Of a stretch of DNA of 64,000 nt, positions 50,949 to 62,981 are shown one piece after another. Position 1 is the stretch's first letter, and each line of letters opens with the position of its first letter. Location of the stretch: positions 4,614,666 through 4,678,665 of the forward strand of contig NC_068984.1 of assembly GCF_001194135.2 (NCBI RefSeq). The letters run 5' to 3'. A program made the translations under genes and the position numbers. The stretch is from Octopus bimaculoides (taxonomy: Eukaryota). The notes under the pieces were generated by a model. It had not been told where the DNA came from and did no database searches. It saw only the letters and a list, made by a program, of their open reading frames with translations.

Positions 50949-53106
50949 GGTTAAAGGGGAGACCAGAGTTACATAGATTAGAGGAAATAATCATTCGATG
51001 AAACTTATTTTTGCATAGCATTCTGAAAGAGAGAGAACCGTTCTCAATGATCAATTCTTTTGGTTAAAAAAATGAATAAATAAATGAACCACTACCACCA
51101 CCATCAAAAAAAAAAAAAACTACCAAAAAGTGTTTTTAATGAATTGTTTTACTTCGTAGCCATATTAAACACCCTTTGTTGTTTCTTTATTGTCTTTACT
51201 CTGTGTGTGTGTGAAGGACTGGTTTCATGTAGTCATGTTCTTTCTTTGTCCACAATATAAAGAGCTTGTGAGCAAAAAACTGGTTTCCTTGAAAGAAAAT
51301 GTTGTGGTGTACCTAAACCCTTTTGACACCAACCCACCTGAGACCGCCATCCTTGGTTCTGTGATATAAACTTCATGTCTTAAAGTGATCTAAATTAAAA
51401 CCTTGCATCAAAATTCCATGTTAATTTATCTTCCAAACCCCAGATTAATCATGGACAGTTATTTTACATAATTCTTCATTATTTTCACAATTACTTGAAA
51501 TAAAGGCAGAGTATTCCAACAGATTAAAAGCTTCCATCAAAATTTCAGGCTAATTTGTTCCAAACACTGGATTCGTAATGACAAAGTTATTTTAATAAAT
51601 TCTTTATTGCATTTCAGTAGAAATTTGGTGACCTCTTTCAATCTTATCCAATCTTTATATTTGTTATCCCACTTCTCTCTTCTTGCCCATTCCCCATCTC
51701 TCATTTCCCCATACTCTCTTGCAACCCCTACTCATCTAGGCTCCCTGTTCTTCTGCCCCTTCTCCTTTCTACTCACCTTGTATCTTGACAGTCCACCCAG
51801 GTACCACCTCATCACCATTAGATTTTTGTCTCCTTCCAGCTCCACCCTGATCATTCCTCACCCTTTCTTGTATAATGTGAGTAGTCATGTAGCTCCTCTA
51901 CAGCAAGAAACCTGTTTTGCTCTGTCCCCTTCTCTCATAATTTAATCCCTCACCTCCTAGCTCAGGGCTCTTGCATGGCAGCATTAATGCTTCTGGAGCC
52001 ATGAAAAAGTATTCAGTACCAGCTGTAAAATAGTTTGTATTAGAAAGTACATCTAGTTGCAGAAATCATACTAAAGTAGATAGTGGAGTACAATGCAGTC
52101 GTTGGGCCCCGTCAAGTCCTGTCAAACTGTCCAACCCATGTCAGCATGGATGTCACAAATGGTGAGGACAATGCTGATGACTTGTGAACATGCCAACATT
52201 ATGCTGAGAGCAAGTATTTATAGCCAAGTGTAACAAAGAGAATAAAAGTGTGTCATATAACTAAAAAGTGATTCTGTTTTATGACTGACTTCAGCATTGA
52301 GAGCTGATAAGAGCAAATAACAAGGTTAGATAAAACCATTTAACCTTGTTATTTGGTCTGATCAGTTAGGAACAGTCAGCAATTGTATTGAGTGTTCATG
52401 TCTTTCTGTCAGCACAGTAAAAGAATTTCAACATGAATGTATCACACTGTTTATGTATCTATCAACGATTCTGTCATAGGTGCAGGTGTGGTAAGAAGCT
52501 TGTTTCCCAATCACATGGTTCTGGGCTCAGTCCCACTGCATGACACCTCAGACAAGTGTCTTCTACTATAGTCTCAGTGGATTTGTGTGTGTGTCTTTGT
52601 TTGTCCTCCACCACTGCCTGGCAATCAGTGTTGGTGTGTTTATGTCCCCGTAACTTAGCAGTTTGGCAAAAAAGACTGAGAGAATAAGTACCGATCTAGG
52701 AAAAAAAGCCCTGGGGTTGATTTGTTTGGCTAAAAGGACTTCAAGGCAGTGCTCCGCATGGTCACAATCTAATGACTGACAGAAGAAAACATAAAAGACA
52801 CAGTATTTTGCTCATTATACAGTTTAAATATTTTTTATAACTTTTATCTTTTTAACCAAGTTTCTTGTACACATTGCATGTGACAGGGAGACAAGACTAT
52901 CATTTCCCCATATAGGATATTAAACATGACTTTATTATCATATCATGGAGGTATTGAGGGTCACCCAAACACCTAACCATCACTGTTTTTATCTCTTTCC
53001 AGTTTCATCCAGACCCCCCCCCCCCTCACTTCTAAATTGCAAGTGGTCATGTAGTTCTCTTATAGTAAGAAACCTGTTCTGCTCTGGTCTTTCTCTCTAA
53101 CTTTAA

Positions 53107-53275
53107 CCCCTTAGCATTCAGATTGCTTATTTATTAACATTCCTTTGTATATGGTGTGTTTGTATATTCTTAGAAAGACATTGTAGGTTAGGTGTGAGAG
53201 GTTGGACTGGGTCTGTTGTAACATAAAACAGGTGGGGTATTTGTGCTGGATATGGCCAGGTTAAATACTAACTGG
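53107..53275 (+). mobile_element. piggyBac-like MITE, family 2
   Basis: Bounded by TTAA|ccccttagcattcaga ... actgg|TTAA. Homologous bodies occur at 62777-62981 (+) and ~19060-19215 (-). Confidence 0.6.
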
Positions 53276-54769
53276 TTAAACCCCCTATTTCCTGCTTCTC
53301 TCAGGGTTCACAGTCGTGCAAACTGCACGGCAGCCTCACCAGCGCTGGTGACAGGAAAACCTCCAGTACGCACTCTAAAGTGATTGATATTAGGAAGGGC
53401 ATCCAGCTATAGAAACCATACAAAAGTAGGCACAGGAGCACAATGCAGTTCTTGGACCCACTGGATCTTGTCAAACTGTCAAACTTATGGAACATGGACG
53501 TTAAATGATGACGATGGTGATGATGATGGTGATGATCCTTGTCAATCATTGAATTTATTTCAGTATTTCTAAGAATAGCAAAAATGCCAAGTGGTGGTTA
53601 ATTGTATATTTTAGATATTTTGCTTGGCTAAAAGCAACTCTAAAGTCATAAAAATACCCACATAACAAGTCAAGGTCTCTCGAAATACCCAGATTAATAG
53701 AAACGTTGCCAAGCTTTCAAAAGTGTTGCCTGACAAGTTTCTGCTTCAGATTTCTCTTCTTGAGAAAAGAAGACTTTGTAAAACTTATCACCAGATTATT
53801 GTAGCATTTTCAATGAAAGGTAAATTTTAGTATAAAGCATTCAGGGATGGTGGTAGCTGCTGGTGTGTGTGTGTGTGTGTGTTGCCTAAATAGCAACATG
53901 TTTGTGCTGGGAATTCAATCACATATCTGCTGTTTAGCCTGGCAATCATCAATCATTTTTGCTTATCGTCCACTTTTCCAGGTTTGCATGAATTGGACAG
54001 AATTTGTTGAGGTACATTTTTTTCCCCTACAGCTGGATGCCTTTCCTGTTGTTAACCCTCAACTTGTTTTAAGTGAGACAATGTCTCTCTGTTGCCTTTC
54101 TTCTCTTCTACAGAGAAGACTGGCAACAAACAGCTTATGTGACAATGATGCACATTTACGACAGTCCTGTGATGTGAAGATAAGGGAACACCCAAACACC
54201 CACCCACCCCCATATACACACACACAATCACTCCCTCCCTCTCTCTCTCTCTCAACAAGCTTTTTCCAGATTTCATTTTTGAAATCTGCTTACAAGGCTT
54301 TTTGGCTTGGAGCTGTAGTCGAAGTGACTTGCTCAAGTGCTGTGCAGTGGGATTGACCCTGAGACTCCATGGCTGGGAAGCAAGCTCTTTACTACCTGCA
54401 CCAAATGCATTAAATATCTCTCTATCAACACCTCACCTCTCTCATCAGAGTTATGCTTTAAAAAAATGTTATGATATATTAAGAGGTGGGGGGAGGGAGG
54501 TTCCTGCCCATGACCTTTTCTAAAAGGTCTCCTTGACTGACAGGTGAAAAGGAAGGAAAAACTGACTCAAATCTTATTATAGTAAGAAGATATTAAGTGT
54601 GTCAGTCTGGAAAATTGGTTCTGAATTCTTGCAGTTGTGGAATCCATTAATAATCCTTTCTGCCTGAAATTTGGGGCAAGGGGGCCAGTCATTTAAATTT
54701 ACCCCAGTACGCAACTGGTACTTAATTTACCAACCCCGAAAGGGCTTTGTACCTAGAGTAGAAAAGATT

Positions 54770-55010
54770 ATATTCACCTCACCTTCATTCCTCATCTCTC
54801 ACTCTCCCCATTCCCTTTACTCACCTTGTACTTTGAGGGTCTCTAACCCTAATCCACACACCTCCCCACCACTATTTTATCTCTTCCCTGCCCCAACCTG
54901 ATCACTCTTACCCTCTCTTCTAAAGCGGGAGTAGCTATGTAGACCCTCTACACCAAGAAACCTGCTTTTTTTGTGGCTGCTTCGATCACACTTTAACCCC
55001 TCATCCCTTA
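54770..55010 (+). repeat. Unclassified pyrimidine-rich dispersed repeat
   Basis: Shares ctcttctaaa..gtag(c/t)catgtag..aagaaacctg..tttaacccc with ~9640-10050, 51610-51960 and 52980-53105. Confidence 0.5.
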
Positions 55011-55406
55011 GGATAAAGCCACTTATTTTGGGGCTTGTAATCTTACAAACTGCATGGTGACCTCACTTTTAATGGCAGCATGGACCGTGTACCCAGTACA
55101 TGCTGTAATGTGGTTGGCATCAGGAAGGGCATCCCCCTGTAGAACCCAAACAAAACTAGACAATGGAGAATGATGCAGTCCATGGACCCATGGAAACCTG
55201 GTCAAACTGTCCAACCCATGCCAGCATCGAATGGAAACACTAAATGATGATGATAGTGATGATGAACTTCAACAAGTTGTTAGTTTTTTTCTTCTCCCCC
55301 CCTCATTTTTTTTTTTAATGCATGAATTTTAAGAGAATAAAAAACTTCCCCCTCCCCACCACACATCAGACTTTATAATTATATTTGTCTATTGTTTATT
55401 TTCCAG

Positions 55407-55473
55407 ATCCAGCTTCTGGAGTTACGCACCAGCAACTATGAATTTGATAGCCAGTGTAAGCGCCAACAACGAG
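55407..55473 (+). CDS. GRIPAP1: GRIPAP1 coding exon 2
   Basis: Acceptor tattgtttattttccag| and donor gag|gtaaat flank 67 nt encoding IQLLELRTSNYEFDSQCKRQQR, in frame with exon 1. It matches vertebrate [21 protein letters not shown]. The following exon was not found in the window. Confidence 0.92.
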
Positions 55474-58400
55474 GTAAATGGCCTGACCGAATAATTTATT
55501 CCTTTTTTTAAAATTTTCTTTTTCTTGTTTTCAAGAATTTGTAAGAACTGTATGTGGGTGTATAATTATCAATCAGTTCATAATACTGCCATTTATCAAA
55601 GTATATTGTGCTGTAATCATAATATATATATATATAATTTGACAGAGTATAGTAAATATATCATGTGATCGGGTCTTCTCAGTCACAGCATATCTCCCAA
55701 GGTCTGGAAGTAAAGTGAAATCACAGCCGTAGCCTATACCAGGGTTGCATAACCAGCCCACTTAAAAAAGTACCTTTGGATTGTCAGGTGACACACTGTG
55801 CTTGAGGAGACGTATTAAGTCAAGTAAGACCAAAATCAAAATCAAATCACAATTAAAAGGAAATTGTAGTTGTGGCCGATGCCAGTGCCACCTGATTGGC
55901 TCCCGTGCTGGTGGCACGCAATAAGCACCATTCATGCGTGGGTCATTGTCAGTGCCGCCTGACTGGCTCCCCATGCTGGTGGTTGATGCCAACACCCCAC
56001 CACCCTGACTGGCTCCGTGCCAGTACCATCTGAATGTGGTCAATGCCAGCCCCCTTGCCCCGACTGGCTCCTGTGCTGGTGGCATGTAAAAAGCACCAAC
56101 CGAATGTGGCTGATGTCAGTGCTGCCTGACTGGCACCTGTGCCAGTGACATGTAAAAAGTACCCACTACACTCTCAGAGTGGTTGGCATTAGGAAGGGCA
56201 TCCAGCTGTAGAAACCTTGCCAGATCAGATTGGAGCCTGGTGCAACCTCCTGGTTTGCCAGTCTTCAGTCAAGCCATCCAACCCATGCCAGCACGGAAAG
56301 TGGACGTTAAACGATGATGATGATGATGATGTGATCATGATTGATCAGACTATTGGATATTGTTATACATCACTGGTCACTAACATCTGTTTTCCATGCT
56401 GGCATGGGTTGGATGGTTTGACGGAGGTCTAGAGAGCCAGTGGTTGCACCAGACTCCAGTCTGATCTGGCAGTGTTTCTACAGCTGGATGCCCTTCCTAA
56501 CGCCAACCACTCCGAGAGCGTAGTGGGTACTTTTTATGTGCCACTGGCACAGGAGCTAGTTAGGTGGGCCTGGCATTGATCACGTTTGGATAATGCTTTT
56601 TACGTGCCACTGGCACGGGAGCCAGTCAGGAGGTACTTGCATCAATCACATTCAGATGGTGCTTTTTATGTGCCACTGGCACAAGGGCCAGTCAGGGGGC
56701 ACTGGCATTGGCCATGTTCGGTTGGTGCTTTTTACGTGCTACCGGCACTGGAGCCAGTCAGGTTCACATCAGACTTTATGTGATGTGAGTGTAACTTATA
56801 CAATAGTATTTGATGAAATAATAATGTAATACAATAGAGAAGACTTTGCAATATCATGCTATACTATATAGCAATAAACGAACCTTCGTTATGATTATGT
56901 CAGTATGATTATATAAGTATGTGTGTGTATGAGGTTGCTTTTGTTTACTGGTAATCTGTAATCCAGTCCAACCTGTTGCATGGTTGAGTCATCAGTGACT
57001 AAACTGGCAACCCCACCCAGCTTACTTAATTGAGGAGGGTGATTTCTGGACACCCTATTAAAGGATGGAGGCACCCAGTGGTGTCAGTGGTTGTCCGATA
57101 TAGTCAAAGGTAGATGGTGTTCACCAGTCGTAGTGAAGACAATCTATCGAAGAGAAGGAAATCTCTGAAATAAAAACCATTCAGTGAGGACTTTCAACCA
57201 GATGATATTATTTTGCACAGAAAAATTATACCATGAACATGTTATAATTTCATCTGTAGATGACTGATGATCAAATGAATATATGTAAGGTTTTAATATA
57301 TCATATAATGTGGTATGTACTACACCATGACAGTGTTTTGAACTAACTTATATCTGTCGATTATTAATATATGTTATTTTGCATGAAAACATATTCTATG
57401 TAATACTGTATGGTATGGCAGTCACTTAGGTTTCTAACAAGGACCTGTCAGAAATAGAAGCCAAATTGCCTTCAAACCACACCCTGATGTCTTAAATCAG
57501 ACAGTATTTGATAATGTACTCTATTACTGGAAAAACAAAAAGAAAACTCTGAAAGATAAAAGAGCGGATGGTTTCAAGTTTGGACAATCTTTGATAATGT
57601 GTCTGTTTGATTGGAGCTGACTTGTAAGTAATCAACAGCAATAACGACACCACCGCCAGCATCACCGCTGCCACCACCACCAGCAACATCAGTACATACA
57701 ATATATGATACAGAGTTTTATAAACTGAGTCATCAAGTATTGAGTGATATTGCATCCGTATTCTGGCAAAACAGATTATAATGCAGCACAATATCAAGAC
57801 ATATTTCACAACACACTGCCATATTATACGAAATCTAACTATAGTCTACTATCATTGTCATCGTTGTCATCATCATCATTTAACATCCATTTTCCATGCT
57901 GGCATGGGTTGGACAGCTTGACAGGAAGTGGCAAGGCCAGGGGTTGCACCAGTCTCCAATTGTCTGTTTTGGCCTGGTTTCTATGGCTGGATGCCCTTCC
58001 TAATGCCAACCATTTTACATAGTATACTGGATGCATTTTATGTGGCACCGACACCAGCAGGGTCGCCTAGTAACCTGCAAGATGAAGACTTCTTAGCTGG
58101 TAGAGGGAGTGGAGCTGTGGGAAGTGGCTCTGTGGCAAGTGAGAGGTTAGATTCTAGAGGGATAGAGAGCTGATGTATTGGTTCTAACTTACTGCAACAA
58201 AGTGTTCCCTGAGGATCTCTTCTGGTTAAGCATCCAAATGCAAAGTTCTGAGCAACCAGAATAATGGTGAAATGGGAAATAGGAACTAATAATACAAACT
58301 TGCTGGTGCCACGTAAAAAGCATTGGGGATGGTGCCACGTAAAAAGCACCCAAAACATTCTGTAAAGTGGTTAGTGTTAGGAAGGGTGTCCAGCCATAGA

Positions 58401-58893
58401 AACCATGTCAAATCAGACTATGGTGTGACTCCTGGCCTTGCCAGTTCCTGTCAAGCTGTCCACTCATGCTAGCATGGAAAAGGGACGTTAAATGATGATG
58501 ATGTATTTATCTTAATTTCTCTCATATATATTTTATCTTGTTTTAATCATTTTAATCATACTGGGGCACTGCCTTGAACAATTTTTAGTTAAATAAATCT
58601 ACAGCAGTACTTTTCCCTTAAGCCTGGTACTTATTCTATCAGTCTCTTTTGCTGAACCACTAAGTTTTAGGTCCATAAACACACCTGCTCCAGTTGTCAA
58701 GCAGTAGCAGGGGACAAACACAGACTCAAAGACACACATGATGGGCTTCTTTCAGTTCCCCTCTACCAAATCCGCTCTCAAGGCTTTGGTCGGCCTAAGG
58801 CTATAGTACAAGGGACTTGCCCAAGGTGCTACGCAGTGGGACTGAACCTGAAAACTTGTGGTTGGGAAGCAAACTTCTTACTATAGAACCATG

Positions 58894-58934
<41 letters not shown>

Positions 58935-58935
<1 letters not shown>

Positions 58936-59405
58936 ATTAAAGAAGAAGAATAGAGAGTTGGTAAGGATATAAAATTAATTTATTAACATACTGCTAAAAA
59001 AAAAGCCTATGTACGTTTCAGTTCAGTCCAATATATAACTGCAAATTCAAAGGTTGAAATAACTCCAAAGATTAGAATAAAATACCATTTTGAATAATGT
59101 TGGGTCGAATCTCATCAGGGCTAGAGTACACTAGAAATAGCTATATGTTGATGGATTGGATTTTATCAGTCGACCAAGAAAATTAAGAAATATATATTCA
59201 TCGTGTGTATTAGCATCTATATATTAGCGTACACATACACAAAATGAATATATATTTCTTAATTTTATTCTAATCTTTGGATTTATTCTAATCTTTGAAT
59301 TTGCAATTATATATTGGACTGAATTGAAACGTATGTAGGATTTCTTTTTGGCAGTATGTTAATAAGTTAATTTTATATCCTTACCAACTCTGCATTCTTT
59401 AATCA
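58935..59405 (-). mobile_element. Inverted-repeat (Penelope-like) element carrying a hammerhead motif with long stem II
   Basis: Arms ~58935-59083 and 59262-59405 are reverse complements. There is a nested perfect 23-bp inverted repeat (59179-59201/59244-59266) and a hammerhead motif at 59004-59122 (-). Confidence 0.65.
59004..59122 (-). ncRNA. Candidate type I hammerhead ribozyme with extended stem II domain
   Basis: Minus strand: AGCC CUGAUGA GAUUCGACCCAA...UUGGACUGAACU GAAA CGUACAU A GGCU. The core is intact, stem I has 4 bp, and stem III has one mismatch. Confidence 0.55.
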
Positions 59406-59581
59406 TATTTATATTTATAATAATCCCATATATACTGAAGAGATGTTCCTCAACAGCTTTGGTAACTAAACCAGTGAAATTTCGGATATAATAATCCCTT
59501 ATGAGGATAAAATATCCTTGATATCCTTGCATTGACTGAATACTATATATATATATTTATATAATGTATGTATAAATAATG

Positions 59582-59623
<42 letters not shown>

Positions 59624-60264
59624 TTTACTGTCTTGTTCTCACTGTCCTGTTCTTGTTAACACTTTCACCCTCTGCAAAAAATCCCGAATTTTATTTAATT
59701 TGCTTTGTGGGAAGGACTGTTTCAATGAAGTCGCGTATTGTCCTTGACTTTGAAACGTGGAGCAGATGGAACAAGGACAACTGACGAAGGGGTATACTCT
59801 TTATGTTGCATGTCTTGTTTCTCTTTGTTTTTTTTGTTGTTCGAAAAATGTTCGTTTTCTATGTTTCCGTTTCTCATTGTGTTTAACGTTTTTTTTTTAT
59901 GTCCTGTACCGATATGTGTATGTACATATACATATAAATGTAGGTATGTACATATATGTATGGATATATGCATGTATTTATGTATTATTTATACATATAT
60001 ATATATATATATATATATAAAGCACCTAGTGTACTGGGTACTTTTTACATTTAGAAAGTTACAGAGTTTTGATTCCTTAACATTGCACTTCATTGCATGT
60101 TGCTGTTGTCCACTCAGCTGAAAAAGTGTACCAGTGGCAAATGAGGATCAACCCTGTGATGGACTTACCTCCTGTTCAGTTGCTTAAACACTTTAGAAAG
60201 CTGGACAAGCTTCAGCCTCATGGGTCTGCAGGCTCCAAGCAGACGTTTTTCTTTTCTGATGCTA

Positions 60265-60612
60265 AATGTCAATGTCAGATATATGTGACATGACTAAGTT
60301 TGAATGTCAAATACCTCTGACATAAGCTAAATTCAAATGTCAAAAAGCTTGTGGCATGTCAAACTTTTAATGTCAAATACCTCTGACATGCTGAATTCCA
60401 ATGTCAAATATCTTGATGTGTTGAATTTTTATTTCAAATACCTGTGACATGGTTAAAGTTGAATCTCAAATACCTGTAATGTACTGGACTCAAATGTCAA
60501 AATACTTGTGGCATAGCTGGACTTAAATGTGAAATATCTGTGATATCTTTTGTCAAATATCTGTGATATATTTTGTCAAATATCTGTGATATCTTTTGTC
60601 AAATATCTGTTG
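60265..60612. repeat. Degenerate tandem array: ~9 units of ~32 bp followed by 3 units of 22 bp
   Basis: The conserved core aatgtcaaatacctgtgacat is separated by 10-12-nt variable linkers. It ends in repeats of tttgtcaaatatctgtgatat. Confidence 0.85.
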
Positions 60613-61728
60613 GGTGTCAAACTTTTTTGTTTCTGTCTATTCATGACCTGTTTAATCCCATTGTTAGAAACTGCTCCAGTAATATTTCCTTTGTTGGTTT
60701 GTTCATGTTGAGTGCGTGGCTGCAACTGGTACAGACTCTTCTAGTATAGCCACAATTAGTCTGCCTGCTTTACTCAGTGGCTGTGTGTGCGTGTGAACAA
60801 ATAGATGTGTGCATTCTGTTGCTCTAACAGCGACAGTTTTTCTCTTGTTATTTTTTGTTATTGTTGAGGTTTAAACCCAGGTCTGCCCAAGCTGAGCTGA
60901 TAGAGCTATGTACAGTGGCATTCCAGCCATGACCTTGCCATCTGTTTCTGTGACTAACATAGTCTATCTCTGTCGTTTCATTTTTTTAAGCCTATATTTT
61001 GAGGATGATTTCACTGCTGTTTCTAGTATAGAGGCTCTCAGCTCACTAACTTGTGTGTATGCGTGTGTATATAATAATAATGTATGACTATTTGGCTGTA
61101 AATATATTATTTGTGTATTTACTTGTATATATAATGTATGTGTGAGTGTTTATCTGTATATCATGTATCTCTTACTTGTTTCAGTCATTAGACTGTGGCC
61201 ATGCTGGGGCATTATCTTGAAGAATTTTTAGTTTAAGGAATCGACCACAATACTTCTTTTTTTTTTTTTNNNNNNNNNNTTTTTTTTTTTTTTTAAGCCT
61301 GGTACTTATTCTGTCATTCTCTTTTTGTTGCACTGCTAAGTTACAGGGATGTAAACACACTGACACTCATCAAGTGGTCGGTGGGTGTAAATGCAGACAT
61401 AAAGAGACACACACATAGATATATAGAAGTAATATATATCATCATCATCATCATCATCATTTAACGTCTGCTTTCCATGCTGGCATGGGTTGGATGGTTT
61501 GACTGAAGACTGGTGAGCCAGGAGGTTGCACCAGGCTCCAATCTGATCTAGCAATGTTTGTACAGCTGGGTGTCCTTCCTCACGCCAACCATTCTGAGAG
61601 TGTAGTGGGTGATTTTTATGTAGCACTGGCACAGGAGCTAGTCAGGCAGTCCTGGCATTGATCCCTTTCGGATAGTGCTTTTTACGTGCCACTGGCATGG
61701 GAGCCTGTCAGGGGACACTGGCCACATC

Positions 61729-61767
<39 letters not shown>

Positions 61768-62218
61768 ACACGATGGGCTTCTTTTAGTTTCTCTCTACCA
61801 AATCCACTCACAAGGCTTTGGTCAACAGAAGGCTATAGTAGAAGATACTTGCCCAAGGTGCCACAAAGTAGGACTGAACCCGAGACCATGTGGGTTGGGA
61901 AGCAAACTTCTTACCACACAGCCACGCCCAAGCCTGTGTATATGTAGTGTTTAAGTGTTTACCTGTCATACAACGTGTGTGAATGTTTACCTGTCGTGTA
62001 GGTAAGTGCTGGTGTAATTGAACATAAAAGTCTTGGAGAGTCTATGAGTATTCCTGAGTGTTTGTCACATTTTGTTTGCACAAACCTGCTGTGAGTAGTT
62101 GTGTCTTTATGTATAAAGAAGAGGCATCAAGTGTATATGTAGTTGTATGTATGTGTGTCTGTGCATATACGTGCGTGTGTCTGTACACGTATCTGTGTGC
62201 ATGTGTCTGTACACGTAT

Positions 62219-62249
<31 letters not shown>

Positions 62250-62776
62250 CGCACATACCTGCTATCAGTGGTTTCTAATTATACGTTAAGGAGTGATGTC
62301 AAGTGTTTGTGCGTGCCTGTGTGTATACATGCATGTGTGCTTGTGTACCTGTATGTGTTTGTGCATATGAATGTGTGTCTGTGTATGTCTGCACATACCT
62401 GCTATCAGCTGTTTGTGTGTGTGTGCATAGCTGTTATCAGTTGTTTGTAATTATACAGTAAGGAGTGGTGTGTGTGTGTGTGTGTGTATGTGTGTGTGTG
62501 TGTGTGTGCTATGTATCTGTATGTTTGTATGTGAACACCCATGATATCCGTTTAGTAATCATATGTTTATTTATTGAGAATTAGTGTATATTTAGAATTT
62601 TTTTCTGTAGGTGTTTAACAGGTCATAGTGGGCAGCAAATTTAGGGTATTGTGGGGTGTATATTTTAGGGTCATTGACAATGTATTTAGGGGTTCATAGG
62701 TGGTGAATTTTGGGGTTATTGCCAGTGAATTTAGTGGTTTTTGGGCAGCAAATTTTGGGGGTTGTAGTGAGTTTAA

Positions 62777-62981
62777 CCCTTTTAGTATTCAGGTTATCCT
62801 GTCAAATGTGATGTTTATGTATCCAGATTGTTTTGAATTACTCCTGCATTATCTCCTAGCCTCGAGATTTTGATGATGTGATTGTATAATTTTGGAATGA
62901 CATCATAGGTTAAATGGGAGAGGCTGGATCTGGCTGGTTGAATATTTGGGGGCAAATATGACCAGTTTAAATGCAAAAGGA
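62777..62981 (+). mobile_element. piggyBac-like MITE, family 2 (diverged)
   Basis: Starts TTAA|cccttttagtattcag and ends accagtttaaatgcaaaagg. The body is homologous to 53107-53275. Confidence 0.55.

Noticed and set aside
56960-57020. Minus-strand CTGATGA followed by a caacc/ggttg hairpin
   Set aside because: No GAAA or NUH follows. The region looks like a LINE 5' remnant.
59428-59490. CTGAAGA...GAAATTTC hammerhead candidate
   Set aside because: Stem I does not pair in register, stem II is unconvincing and stem III has a U-U mismatch. At best this is a heavily decayed copy.
60265-60612. CRISPR-like repeat-spacer appearance
   Set aside because: The context is eukaryotic, the repeats are degenerate, the linkers are only 10-12 nt and resemble each other, and there are no cas genes.
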